Positions 54,039 to 63,620 of a DNA stretch of 64,000 bases are shown in pieces. The DNA is from Bacteroidales bacterium (GTDB taxonomy: Bacteria > Bacteroidota > Bacteroidia > Bacteroidales > P3): NCBI GenBank assembly GCA_017479705.1, contig JAFVCA010000050.1, positions 3,385 to 67,384 on the forward strand. The letters run 5' to 3'. Positions within the stretch are counted from its first letter, which is position 1. Every line of letters starts with the position of its first letter. The translations under genes were made by a program, and so were the position numbers. Below the pieces are notes generated by a model, which made no database searches, was not told the DNA's origin, and was given only the letters and a program-made list of their open reading frames with translations.

Positions 54039-55160
54039 TCAGAAAGCGAAGATGACACCTATTTGGTGGATGCCTTCCAAGGGTCCGCGAAGATAGGAGG
54101 GCAGGAGGTCGGCGGTGAAGCTGATGCTGTTGAGTGCCCCTTTGGGGAGGGTGAGGCCGAGCCCGGCGGTGAATTTCCAGGGGTTGAGGCCGTGGAGGGT
54201 GGCGGTGCCACGGTGGGTGGTGACGGGTGTAAGGGTGTGGCCGGGTGTGAGGGTGAGCTGCATGCCTGTTTTGTCGCGCCCGCGGGGGTAGAGGTCGAAG
54301 GTGAGGGGGAGGGTGACGTACAGACCAAGGGTAGGATAGTACCATCCGAAGGTCTCGAGAAGCTCTTGGTCCGACTGATACGACCCTTGGCCGTGGAAAT
54401 TCTCGGTTCCATCGATGGAATTGAAGTGGGTGTTGTCGCTGCTTTTCGATTGTGGCAGGGGAACATTGATGTAGCCGTCGACCCCTACGCCGATGTTTAC
54501 CTCATAGTTTGAGGAGGAGGCAAGGGCTACGTTCAGTCCCACGCTGGCTGTGAGCAGGGGTGCGGCATCGCCATGGGTGCTGAACGGGGCTATGGCTCCT
54601 ATGGTGGCGACGAGTGTGTGCCGTTTGGAGGTGTTGGTGTGTGGGTTGTTGAGCGGCCTGTCTGCCAGTGCTGCGGTTATGCCTTCAGGCATCTTGGGGT
54701 TCATAATCTGTGTCTCGCGCAGGTTGCCGGTGTTGTCCATGTAGCTTGGGGTGCCGGTGTGTAGGGGCGGCAGTTGGTCAGCAGTGATTGCCGAGGCAAT
54801 TCCTGCCGTAGGTTTTTCTGCTTGCTTGGGTGTGCTCTTTTGCCGATGGGATGGGTTGATTTGTGGTGGTGTTGTTTGGTCAGGGGTTGGGGCGTGGGCG
54901 ATAGGGGCGTAGTCCTGTTCGCATATCGCTACATTCCCACGGGTGTTGGCGGGTGATGTCGGCAGGGTGAGGGGCTTTAGCAGCAGGGGTACTGCTCCGC
55001 CGGTGAGCAGGAGCAGCAATGCTGCAACTACGGCTCTGCGGGTGTGCCGTTGGTGCCGTTCCATGGCGCGCAGCTTGTCGGCGGTGGCCTGTTGGGCGCG
55101 GCGGTCGTCGGCGTATTGTTGCAGCAGGTGCTCTATGTCTTGGTTGGGGTTGGGGGTCAT
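54039..55160 (-). CDS. Membrane-anchored protein in anti-sigma position
   Basis: 373 aa. Overlaps the sigma gene stop by 4 nt. Short cytoplasmic N-terminus, one TM (AVVAALLLLLTGGAVPLLL), Pro/Thr-rich linker and a beta-rich C-terminal domain. Confidence 0.5.
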   Translation of the reverse strand: MTPNPNQDIEHLLQQYADDRRAQQATADKLRAMERHQRHTRRAVVAALLLLLTGGAVPLLLKPLTLPTSPANTRGNVAICEQDYAPIAHAPTPDQTTPPQINPSHRQKSTPKQAEKPTAGIASAITADQLPPLHTGTPSYMDNTGNLRETQIMNPKMPEGITAALADRPLNNPHTNTSKRHTLVATIGAIAPFSTHGDAAPLLTASVGLNVALASSSNYEVNIGVGVDGYINVPLPQSKSSDNTHFNSIDGTENFHGQGSYQSDQELLETFGWYYPTLGLYVTLPLTFDLYPRGRDKTGMQLTLTPGHTLTPVTTHRGTATLHGLNPWKFTAGLGLTLPKGALNSISFTADLLPSYLRGPLEGIHQIGVIFAF

Positions 55161-55633
55161 TGCATTTTTTGTTTAAGGAGGGCGTAGGTGCGGCTCATGA
55201 TGGTGTCGATGTTGGAGGGTGTGAGGCCGGTGAGGGCGGCAATCTCGCGTGTGGAGTGTCCTTCCATGTATTTGAGGTTGATGAGTTGTTGCTGTAGGGG
55301 CGTGAGGGTGGCTATGGCCTGTTCGAGCCGCTGGTAGCGGCTCTCGGCTTCTTCGGCTTCGGTGTTGTCGGCAAGGCTGTCGGCCAGTGTGTCGGGGTCC
55401 ACTGTGGGGCGTTGCTTGCGGAGAAGGTCTATGCAGTGGTTGCGCAGGGCGCGGAGGCTGTAGCCCTGCGGGTCGTCGGTTTTACCGAGTTTGCGCCGTT
55501 TGGACCAAAGGCGTGTGAGGGTCTCCTGCACGGCGTCGTCGGCAAGGGCTTTGTCGTGCAGCAGCTGCTGGGCCATGCGCCGCATGGCGGGTTGCAGAGG
55601 TATGATGTCGCGTATGAACTCCTCTGTGGTCAA
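55157..55633 (-). CDS. RNA polymerase ECF-type sigma-70 factor
   Basis: 158 aa. Region 2 (ADDAVQETLTRLW) and region 4 HTH (YMEGHSTREIAALTGLTPSNIDTIMSR). Confidence 0.9.
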   Translation of the reverse strand: MTTEEFIRDIIPLQPAMRRMAQQLLHDKALADDAVQETLTRLWSKRRKLGKTDDPQGYSLRALRNHCIDLLRKQRPTVDPDTLADSLADNTEAEEAESRYQRLEQAIATLTPLQQQLINLKYMEGHSTREIAALTGLTPSNIDTIMSRTYALLKQKMQ

Positions 55634-55638
55634 ACAGA

Positions 55639-56397
55639 TTAGAAGTTGTAGGTGAGGCCTAAGCGTATGGAGGGAGTCATCATTCCTGAGGTTGGACTAT
55701 CCTCGAAGAAATACATTCCGTATAAGGGCTGCTGGCCGAAGATGAGGGAGTTGAGCGTCTGGACGGTGGAGCGACTTGCCTTGTTCCAGTTTTGCATATA
55801 GGCTATCTTCAGGATGTCGAGCCATAGCTCTGCGGTCCAGTGGCTGTCGAAACGGTATGCCACGCCGGGTGTGATGTCGGCGTTGAAACCCAGTACTTGG
55901 TGGGAGGCATTGCCGTACTGTGTGGTTTCTCTATGGCGGGTCTCCATCTGTTGGGTTTGTGAGTTGTAGAATGATTCGTCGACCACTCTGCGCTGGTGGT
56001 CGCTTCCGCCGGCAAGGTTGAGGTGGGCAAAGAGCAGCAGGTGTTCGGTCAGCGGCAGGTCGTACCGCAGCCAAATCCCTGCCCGCCAGCTGAGGTACTG
56101 CATGGCATCCTTTTCAGTCTCTTTGTACTGGTCGTACAAAGCGGGCACGGCGTTCGAAATCCGGTACTTTGTAGTTGAGGTAGCATAATTCACGCTGGCA
56201 GACACACCTGTCGAGAGGTGCGCCCCGATGCGGTACCCCACGTCCAATGTAGGTGTGAGGGTGTAAAAGTAGTTAATGCTGTTGCGCTGATTGCGCTCGT
56301 TGCCAAAGCGATTGAAGGAGGCGTTGGCACCGACAAGCCACTGCCCTTGCGCTGCAAAGCTGGCAGTGGTGAGGAGGAGAATAAGAATCTTTTTCAT
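55639..56397 (-). CDS. Outer-membrane beta-barrel (porin family) protein
   Basis: 252 aa. Signal peptide (MKKILILLLTTASFAAQGQ). Terminal ...LGLTYNF. Confidence 0.65.
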   Translation of the reverse strand: MKKILILLLTTASFAAQGQWLVGANASFNRFGNERNQRNSINYFYTLTPTLDVGYRIGAHLSTGVSASVNYATSTTKYRISNAVPALYDQYKETEKDAMQYLSWRAGIWLRYDLPLTEHLLLFAHLNLAGGSDHQRRVVDESFYNSQTQQMETRHRETTQYGNASHQVLGFNADITPGVAYRFDSHWTAELWLDILKIAYMQNWNKASRSTVQTLNSLIFGQQPLYGMYFFEDSPTSGMMTPSIRLGLTYNF

Positions 56398-56697
56398 GAT
56401 ATTTGTGTTGTTTGTTTTGAAATAATGACGTGCAAGGTGCGGAAATCTTACAGCTTTCTTTGTTAAAAATACTAAACAGGGGTCCCTGCTTCTGGCTAAT
56501 AATTGAATGTTAATCCGTTGCCAGCCCCATCAGCAGTCCCGAAGTTGTTTCGACAATGCAAAGGTACGCATTTTTTTCAATCTAACCGCACTAACCCCCT
56601 ATCCAATCTATAATCTCTATAAAATCTATAAATCCCCCCCAAGGCAATAAAAGCGGCAACCAGCCGTTATGGAATGAAACATTAATCCCCACGTAAG

Positions 56698-58260
56698 ATG
56701 AAAAGGATAGCCCTCGTAATATTGTTTGTGCTGGCCGCCGCCGCGGCCACGGCGCAGTACACCGTCGACAACCGCAAGGCGGTGGCCGAGTTCGAGAAGG
56801 GGCAGTCGCTGCTGTCCGCCAACCCCGCCAAGGCCTTTGAGCATTTCGAGAAAGCCCTGAAGGCGGAGCCCTCTTTTGCCGAAGTACATCTGACCATGGC
56901 CGCCTGGCTGCTGGACCACGACAGCCTGGACCGCGCCGAGGAGCACCTCCGCACTTTCCTCCGCACCGACAAGGGCAAGCACAAACGCTGGGGTGCCGGT
57001 GCCGAGCACGACCTGGAGTGCATCGCCTTCCGCCGTGAAGCTATGGCCAACCCCGTGCCCTTCACCCCGGTGAACCTGGGACCTGCCGTCAACAGCACCG
57101 ACGACGAATACCTGCCCACCCTCACCGCCGACGGCCGCACGCTCCTCTTCACCCGCTACAACCGCGAATACATGGAGGAGGATTTCTACTACTGCCGTTG
57201 GGTGGATGGCAAATGGAGCCGTGCCGTGCGCATGGCGGAACCCCTGAACAGTGGCGACAACGAGGGTGCCGGCTGCATATCGCAGGATGGACGCATACTC
57301 TACTTTACCGCCTGTGGCCGTCCCGACGGTGCCGGACGGTGCGACCTCTACATCTCCTACCGCAAGGCGGGCGGGTGGAGCCAGCCGCAGAACCTCGGAC
57401 CCGCCATCAACACCGGCGGCTGGGAGTCGCAGCCCTGCCTCTCCATCGACGGCCGGACCCTCTATTTTGTGAGCGACCGCAAGGACGGCTACGGCGGCAT
57501 GGACATCTGGCGCAGCACCTTGGTGGAAGGCCGTTGGAGCAAACCCGTCAATATGGGTCCCACCATCAATACCAAGGGCGACGAGAAAAGCCCCTTCATC
57601 TCGTTCGACAACCAGACGCTCTACTTCTCCAGCAATGGCCATGTGGGCATGGGCGGCATGGATCTCTTCGTCTGCCGTCGCACGGGCGACACCACCTGGA
57701 GCACCCCGCAAAACCTCGGCTACCCCATCAATACCCGCAGCGACGAGAGCTCGCTCATTGTCAGCCCCGACGGGCGCACGGCCTTCTTCTCCTCCGACAA
57801 GTTCGGCGGCGAGGGGAAGCTCGACCTCTACACCTTCGACCTGCCCGAAACCGTCCGCCCCGAACCAGTGGTCTATAAGGAGGAAATCACCGAGGTGGCC
57901 CCGGAACTCAAAGTCGGCGAAAGCATCACGCTGAAGAACGTCTTCTTCCAGACCGGCAAATACACGCTCCTCGACATCTCCATCGTCGAGCTGGACAAGG
58001 TGGTGGAAATGATGCAGCAGCATCCCACCCTGCGCATCGAACTGGGCGGCCACACCGACAACGTGGGCAGCGAAGCCTCCAACCAGAAACTTTCCGAGCA
58101 GCGCGCCAAGGCAGTGTACGACTATCTGGTGCAGCACGGCGTGCCCTCCGACCGCCTCGCCTACAAGGGCTACGGCCAGAGCCAGCCCGTGGCCGACAAC
58201 AGCACCCCCGAAGGCCGCAGTCTGAACCGGCGCACGGTGTTCACCATCATAGCGAAATAA
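56698..58260 (+). CDS. OmpA family protein with TPR and TolB-like (PD40) repeats
   Basis: 520 aa. Repeated DE..P..S.DG..LYF units. C-terminal OmpA-like domain (IELGGHTDNVGSEASNQKLSEQRAKAVYDYL...NRRTVF). Confidence 0.85.
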   Translation: MKRIALVILFVLAAAAATAQYTVDNRKAVAEFEKGQSLLSANPAKAFEHFEKALKAEPSFAEVHLTMAAWLLDHDSLDRAEEHLRTFLRTDKGKHKRWGAGAEHDLECIAFRREAMANPVPFTPVNLGPAVNSTDDEYLPTLTADGRTLLFTRYNREYMEEDFYYCRWVDGKWSRAVRMAEPLNSGDNEGAGCISQDGRILYFTACGRPDGAGRCDLYISYRKAGGWSQPQNLGPAINTGGWESQPCLSIDGRTLYFVSDRKDGYGGMDIWRSTLVEGRWSKPVNMGPTINTKGDEKSPFISFDNQTLYFSSNGHVGMGGMDLFVCRRTGDTTWSTPQNLGYPINTRSDESSLIVSPDGRTAFFSSDKFGGEGKLDLYTFDLPETVRPEPVVYKEEITEVAPELKVGESITLKNVFFQTGKYTLLDISIVELDKVVEMMQQHPTLRIELGGHTDNVGSEASNQKLSEQRAKAVYDYLVQHGVPSDRLAYKGYGQSQPVADNSTPEGRSLNRRTVFTIIAK

Positions 58261-58708
58261 CCTGCGCTGCGCCCCCTCCCCTCCGCCTCCGGCCCCCTTC
58301 CGGCAGGGAGTATCTCCGCCCGTCCCTGTTCGGCAGTCGCTCATTTAGGGGCGCATTTGTCCCTTGCCGTCGGGCAAAATAAACGGGAAGGAATGAGGAG
58401 ACGGTCCGCAAAGAGCGGACAGACAGCGGACCGCCGACCACGACGCGACGAGCAAAGGCAGAAGGACCATAGACATCATGCCGGTAAGACGTGGTTGATT
58501 GGTTGCTTCGAAGCCACGCTGAGGGGATTGGCGGCATTGGGCGGCAGCACGGATGCACGGCTGGCAAAGCGACGCCTCTGCCACAGGACACAGAGGAAGC
58601 GGTCCCGCTATGGCGCGCCGACATTGTTTGTGCCACAGGGGGTGGCGATAGTACCCTTTTTTGAATAGAGCCATACGTCATTAGTCTTGTCAAGTCGTCG
58701 AAGTTTTG

Positions 58709-58716
58709 TATCTTTG
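58709..58716 (+). promoter_or_regulatory. -7 box TAtcTTTG upstream of the BRO-N gene
   Basis: tatctttg lies 77 nt upstream of the ATG at 58793. Confidence 0.45.
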
Positions 58717-58792
58717 TAGAGCCGTACGATTGGTAAAACATAGTGCAGTATAGTGATTTTTAAAGTGGTAGTAGTTAAACAGACTTATTCAG

Positions 58793-59668
58793 ATGGAAAA
58801 AGTTCAGATATTTCAAGGCAAGAAGGTGCGCACCCATTGGGACGCGGAAAAGGAGGAATGGTACTTTTCGGTAGTGGACGTCGTCGGGGTGTTGACGGAT
58901 TCGATAAATCCGACGGATTATCTTAAGAAGATGCGCAAGCGTGATTCTGAGCTCGCTGCGTTCATGGGGACAAATTGTCCCCAGGTAGAAATGCTGACAG
59001 AAACAGGCAAACGACGAAAGACACTTGCAGCTGACAGCAAGGCGGTCTTCCGTATCATTCAGTCTATCCCGTCGCCGAAGGCTGAGCCGTTCAAGCAATG
59101 GTTGGCGCAGGTGGGAGCCGAGCGTCTGGACGAGATTGCCGACCCGGAGAAAGCCATTGTTCGTGGAGCTGATTTCTATCGTGCAAAGGGCTACAGCGAG
59201 GGATGGATTAATCAACGATTGCAATCAATAGAGATGCGCAAGGAGCTGACTGATGAGTGGAAAGCCCGTGGTATAGAGCAAGAGAGGGACTATGCAATAT
59301 TGACAAATGAGATGACTCGTGCGTGGAGCGGTCTCACGGTGCGAGACTACAAAGAGGTGAAGGGACTGAAGAAAGAGAATCTGAGAGATAACATGACCAA
59401 TCTTGAGTTGGTGCTCAATATGTTGGCTGAAGTTACTACCACTGCCATATCCCGCAGCCGCCAACCAGAGTCGTTTGCGGAGAGTAGGAGTATAGCCATT
59501 GAGGGTGGCAATGTGGCAGGCTCTGCCCGTCGCGAGATAGAGCAGCGTACAGGCCAACCCGTTGTCAGCCCCCTCAACGCAACTGACAAACTCGCCCTCG
59601 ACACAACCATAGAAGATGTGAAACAGATAGAACCGAATGAGAGCACGGATAAAAGGGAACTTCCATAA
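58793..59668 (+). CDS. BRO-N domain protein with DinD-like C-terminal region
   Basis: 291 aa. N-terminal IFQGKKVRTHWDAEKEEWYFSVVDVVGVL is BRO-N-like. KGLKKENLRDNMTNLELVLNMLAEVTT parallels E. coli DinD KGLKKNQKILDHMGSTELAANLF. Confidence 0.7.
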   Translation: MEKVQIFQGKKVRTHWDAEKEEWYFSVVDVVGVLTDSINPTDYLKKMRKRDSELAAFMGTNCPQVEMLTETGKRRKTLAADSKAVFRIIQSIPSPKAEPFKQWLAQVGAERLDEIADPEKAIVRGADFYRAKGYSEGWINQRLQSIEMRKELTDEWKARGIEQERDYAILTNEMTRAWSGLTVRDYKEVKGLKKENLRDNMTNLELVLNMLAEVTTTAISRSRQPESFAESRSIAIEGGNVAGSARREIEQRTGQPVVSPLNATDKLALDTTIEDVKQIEPNESTDKRELP

Positions 59669-59785
59669 AACACCTTGGGGGAGGTGAGACGACTTATAAC
59701 ACCGTACAAACCGGAGACGCAGTGCGTCGGTATTTAGAAAAAACTAAATGCGTCCCGAAGGAACGCGACAATGAAAACAAATAGA
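59665..59785 (+). repeat. ~120-bp leader-like element, copy B (contains the start codon of the 792-aa ORF)
   Basis: See copy A at 49536-49654. Here the element's acaatgaaaacaaatag continues as the ORF MKTNRRKP... Confidence 0.8.
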
Positions 59786-62149
59786 AGAAAACCGCTTATA
59801 ATGACAAATAAACCCCATAAAACGCTACTCTGTCTGATTGCCATCCTGGCAATCGGGGCTGCGGGGGTGTTGCTTTTGTGGCGGACGGGGGTGGAGGAGA
59901 GCGTGAAGCGGGAGAGTGCGCGGTTGTTTGATTATGAGTACATCCCCAACCAGAACGTGGACATGGATCGGTGCGAGGCGGCGAGGATGTCGGACTCCAT
60001 TTACAAGGACTTTCGGAAGAAATACCGTTTCCACTACCAAACGGTCGGGATGGCCTCGTTCTCAGACAGCAGCCGCATGATTCTGCTGAGCGATATACCG
60101 CCGCATTTCGAGACGGATTCCATCGCACCCATCTTTGCCGAGTTCACGCACAGGACAGAGCTGCGCAAGCATCCAATAGGCTATGACGGCTACACTACCG
60201 ATATGCTCATCTTGCTCGGCAATGCCACACAGGAGAATTGCGACAGGTTGTTACGGCGACTGAATAGGGAGCTCTTTTTCAGTGAATACAAGCCTACGGT
60301 GATGACATTGCCCGCGGAAGAGAAGCGACGCTATTTCGCCCAAGAGAATATCGACTACCAGATAACGCTGAACGAGTTCAACACCTGGTTTATGGAAGAG
60401 GGCGAGGGGTTTATCCATCTCGACGACACTAACAAGGTTATGACCGTCAGTGACCTTTTCGAGGCTCAGGCACGGGGCGTCTATTTCAGCCAGCAGCCGG
60501 GCTTTGTGGCTTGGGCGGTGGCTAAGAATACGGACATCGCCGCACAGGTGGGCGACATAAGGCAGTTCACCTTGGACGCCGACCTGATACTGGGAGCTTT
60601 GGCCGACAGCAGCACGCTGGTAATTATTGGTCGAGAACGGCAGTCGCCGCTGAATGAACTACCTCCGCTGCAGATAGAAAGCATCTTGTTGTTGGCCTCA
60701 ACTACCGAGAAGGAGCTGTCGCAAAGCTTGGACATCAACGACCTGATGGCCGGCAAGATGAACAACGGGCGCGACTGGTGCCCCACGTACCTGAGCAAGG
60801 AACTGGAGAACACCGAGTTTGGCGACCTGATGACTATCACCGACGTGCTGCTGAAGGACTGGTCGGAACGCGGCACCATACAGGAGGGCTACTACCGCTA
60901 CCCCGAGCCGGGCTACTATCCCTTCGACAAGCCGTTATTCAAGAAGTTAGGGCTGAACGAGCTGGTCTATAATTGGAACACCGCTGGTGCCATGTACGCG
61001 ATTGATTGCAAGAAAAACGATGTCTCCAACACTCAAACATTAACACATTCAAGCAATAACACATTCACCATCTACACCTTAGGCCGCACGGGGTCGCTGC
61101 CGGTGAGCTACTTCAACTCGCAGGAGCGCAGCCAGTCGATAGGCTACCGCTACGAGAGCCAGGCGTATCACTATTTCGCCACCCTCGGCAACACGGACCT
61201 GGCGCGTGTGGTGCAGTACACGGCGCTGTACCAGCTATTTATCGACAACAACATCAGCTATTCGGGCAACACCTATCCTTCCTTCCCGAAAAACAAGCCG
61301 TTCTTACTGTATAAGCCTACCGTTGAATTGCTTGACAAAATTCGTCAGCTGAACGGGGAGGAGATTGACCGATTGGCAGACAGCCTTTCCCGGCGCAGCT
61401 TCATAAACTATCAGAAAGAGAATATCGACAAGCAACTGCGAGAGAATGAGCAGCGGCACAACATCTCTTACACAGAGGAGAATATCGATGCTATCTATCG
61501 CAATGTGTGCCGCGACACCAAGGCAGGTATCGGCAGGAGCATACAAGAGGTCAAGGATATGTTGGGTGGACTCAACGAAGAACAATTCAAGCAGTTGGCA
61601 CGGTATCTTTCTTATCCTCGCGGGGTGAAAATACATGATCGTGAGAGTTACAACACCATGCTTCGCGGACGAAAGGTGAACCAGCTGATGCGCGGGGTGG
61701 GCAAGAATAATCTGGACTTGTTGGGAATGGATTTGAAGGATGTGAAAAACTGGTTTGCCGCCAACCTGAAAGGCAATGCAGGACGATACTTGAAGACCTC
61801 GTCGCTCATCATCACTTACGCAGACCTGTTGACAACTGGCGGGCACAACCTTTCGTCCCGCATCAGTCGCGTGAACTCGATGACTAACTACAAGCGCAGT
61901 CGGGGCAACTATACTCCTACCGACTACGATAGCCCCGCCCAACCGGTTCCGACAGAGGCAAAACCCGTACCGACGACACCTGAAACCACGGGGAAGCCCT
62001 TGGGGAAGAGGACGAGCAAACCAGCTGTGAAACCGACAGGAAAGAGAAAGCCGGCAAGCTCCGCCTCGTCGGGTAAGCCAGCAAGCAACAGTATCCGCCC
62101 CCGAGGCTCAGTCATTTCTTCCGCTCCCCGCAGGACAAGAGGGCTATGA
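59771..62149 (+). CDS. Large membrane-anchored protein of unknown function with basic Pro/Lys-rich tail
   Basis: 792 aa. One N-terminal TM (LLCLIAILAIGAAGVLLLW). No recognisable catalytic motif. C-terminal low-complexity PVPTEAKPVPTTPETTGKPLGKRTSKP. Contains an in-frame octamer repeat. Confidence 0.55.
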   Translation: MKTNRRKPLIMTNKPHKTLLCLIAILAIGAAGVLLLWRTGVEESVKRESARLFDYEYIPNQNVDMDRCEAARMSDSIYKDFRKKYRFHYQTVGMASFSDSSRMILLSDIPPHFETDSIAPIFAEFTHRTELRKHPIGYDGYTTDMLILLGNATQENCDRLLRRLNRELFFSEYKPTVMTLPAEEKRRYFAQENIDYQITLNEFNTWFMEEGEGFIHLDDTNKVMTVSDLFEAQARGVYFSQQPGFVAWAVAKNTDIAAQVGDIRQFTLDADLILGALADSSTLVIIGRERQSPLNELPPLQIESILLLASTTEKELSQSLDINDLMAGKMNNGRDWCPTYLSKELENTEFGDLMTITDVLLKDWSERGTIQEGYYRYPEPGYYPFDKPLFKKLGLNELVYNWNTAGAMYAIDCKKNDVSNTQTLTHSSNNTFTIYTLGRTGSLPVSYFNSQERSQSIGYRYESQAYHYFATLGNTDLARVVQYTALYQLFIDNNISYSGNTYPSFPKNKPFLLYKPTVELLDKIRQLNGEEIDRLADSLSRRSFINYQKENIDKQLRENEQRHNISYTEENIDAIYRNVCRDTKAGIGRSIQEVKDMLGGLNEEQFKQLARYLSYPRGVKIHDRESYNTMLRGRKVNQLMRGVGKNNLDLLGMDLKDVKNWFAANLKGNAGRYLKTSSLIITYADLLTTGGHNLSSRISRVNSMTNYKRSRGNYTPTDYDSPAQPVPTEAKPVPTTPETTGKPLGKRTSKPAVKPTGKRKPASSASSGKPASNSIRPRGSVISSAPRRTRGL
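61028..61068 (+). repeat. Octamer array in-frame inside the 792-aa ORF
   Basis: aacactcaaacattaacacattcaagcaataacacattcac encodes NTQTLTHSSNNTFT. Confidence 0.8.
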
Positions 62150-62179
62150 GATGGTAACATTTTTGCAAAATAGCGCATT

Positions 62180-62857
62180 ATGAAAAAAGCAACATTTATC
62201 ATTATCTTTCTCATCATGACATTCTCTGGTTTTTCACAAGACGATTGGTTTGGCTTTAACCGTTACAAGTCCGACAATGAGCGTATTATCGTGAGTATGG
62301 ATTTCCCCGAGGTGGTGTTTATGGGGAACTCCATCACCGATAATTGGGCCTACTACCATCCCGATTTCTTCAGCAGTCACAACTATTGCGGCAGGGGCAT
62401 CGGCGGACAGACCTCGGCACAGATGTTGATGCGTTTTACGTCGGATGTTATCGACCTGCACCCCAAGGCAGTGGTCATCATGGCGGGCACTAACGATGTG
62501 GCACACAACACTTATTGGGTGGAGCCCGACAGGGTGGTCGACAACATTGTGGCGATGTGCCATCTGGCTCGTGCCAACGGCATTGTGCCTATCATCAGTT
62601 CTATTCCTCCGTGTGCTGCCTTTCGATGGCATCCTGAGATTAAGAACGCTGCCCAGACCATCGTCGATATCAACAAGCGCCTAAGGGCATACGCCGAAGC
62701 CAACAACATCGTATATGTGGACTACCACGCAGCCCTCGCCGACAAGCAGAACGGCTTTTTGAAGCAGCTGAGCGACGACGGCTGTCACCCCAACCCCGAT
62801 ACCTACTACATCATGGAGGAGCTGGTGCTGAAAGCGATAAGCGAGGCGGTGAAGTAA
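62180..62857 (+). CDS. SGNH/GDSL hydrolase family protein
   Basis: 225 aa. Signal peptide. Block I VVFMGNSITDNW, block II GRGIGGQTS, block III MAGTND, block V DDGCHP. Confidence 0.8.
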   Translation: MKKATFIIIFLIMTFSGFSQDDWFGFNRYKSDNERIIVSMDFPEVVFMGNSITDNWAYYHPDFFSSHNYCGRGIGGQTSAQMLMRFTSDVIDLHPKAVVIMAGTNDVAHNTYWVEPDRVVDNIVAMCHLARANGIVPIISSIPPCAAFRWHPEIKNAAQTIVDINKRLRAYAEANNIVYVDYHAALADKQNGFLKQLSDDGCHPNPDTYYIMEELVLKAISEAVK

Positions 62858-62905
62858 AGTCAGCACTAATTTTGCTGTTTTTTTCTCCACTCCAAATTAT
62901 TTTCG

Positions 62906-62913
62906 TATTTTTG
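62906..62913 (+). promoter_or_regulatory. -7 box TAttTTTG upstream of the ORF6N gene
   Basis: tatttttg lies 67 nt upstream of the ATG at 62980. Confidence 0.4.
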
Positions 62914-62979
62914 TAACTTCACGTGTGGTGTTCCATGTGATGTATTGTTGTCGTTATTAGAAGATTACAAGTCCTGCCA

Positions 62980-63516
62980 ATGAGTAGCAAGAATGAAATA
63001 ACAACTACTGAGACTTCCGAGGTGGAGGTTGTTAAGCACCGCATATATGAGGTGCGTAGCTTGCGTGAGATACATGACCGCGACTTGGCAGAGCTGTATG
63101 GCGTGGAGACCCGCCGAGTGAATGAAGCTGTCAGAAATAATCCCGACAAGTTTCCTCTCGACTATATGTTTGAACTGACAACAAATGAATTACGCACTTT
63201 GCGGTCGAAAATTTCGACCACAAAAGTGTCAGTCAAAAGCCGCTCTGCAACCAAAGTCTTCACCAAAAAGGTTTATATGCTGGCTACTATTCTGAAAAGT
63301 GAGAGGGCTACTACTGCGACATTTGCCATCATCGAGACCTTTGCTAAAGTGCGAGGATTGAAGCGCGAACTGGTCGAACTGCACAAAGAGACCGACAAGG
63401 GTGTCCAAGAGAAGAAGATGCACTACTTCGGCGAAGTGCTGACCGACATAGTGATGCCCGACCTCAAAACCTCCGAAACGGAATCATCATTGGAGATAAA
63501 CTTTAATAATAGGTAA
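62980..63516 (+). CDS. ORF6N (KilA-N-like) domain protein
   Basis: 178 aa. IYEVRSLREIHDRDLAELYGVETRRVNEAVRNNPDKFPLDYMFELT is typical of ORF6N. Confidence 0.8.
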   Translation: MSSKNEITTTETSEVEVVKHRIYEVRSLREIHDRDLAELYGVETRRVNEAVRNNPDKFPLDYMFELTTNELRTLRSKISTTKVSVKSRSATKVFTKKVYMLATILKSERATTATFAIIETFAKVRGLKRELVELHKETDKGVQEKKMHYFGEVLTDIVMPDLKTSETESSLEINFNNR

Positions 63517-63620
63517 AATTAAACATACAGTAAAACGGGTAAGAAAAGGCGACGGCCAATGACCGCGCTGAAAGAAGTGGGAAATAGGAAACTGCTGAAA
63601 TAAATCAAACACACAAAAAC

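Noticed and set aside
58247-58741. ORFs 58247-58741 (-), 58345-58674 (-) and 58357-58668 (+) in the GC-rich spacer. Also considered as RNase P RNA, tmRNA or a cobalamin riboswitch.
   Set aside because: The translations are Arg/Pro/Gly-rich with no motifs. No GAGGAAAGUCC, no tRNA-like 3' end with CCA, and no B12-box could be found on either strand.
49536-59785. The 10-kb segment between the two 120-bp direct repeats considered as a discrete mobile or duplicated unit.
   Set aside because: The content is ordinary backbone-composition housekeeping and envelope genes without mobility functions. The repeats are only about three-quarters identical, so only the repeat itself is reported.
58793-63516. 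Interpreting the BRO-N / ORF6N gene cluster as a prophage.
   Set aside because: No capsid, tail, terminase, portal, integrase or lysis genes are visible. These DNA-binding domains also occur as stand-alone chromosomal genes in Bacteroidales.
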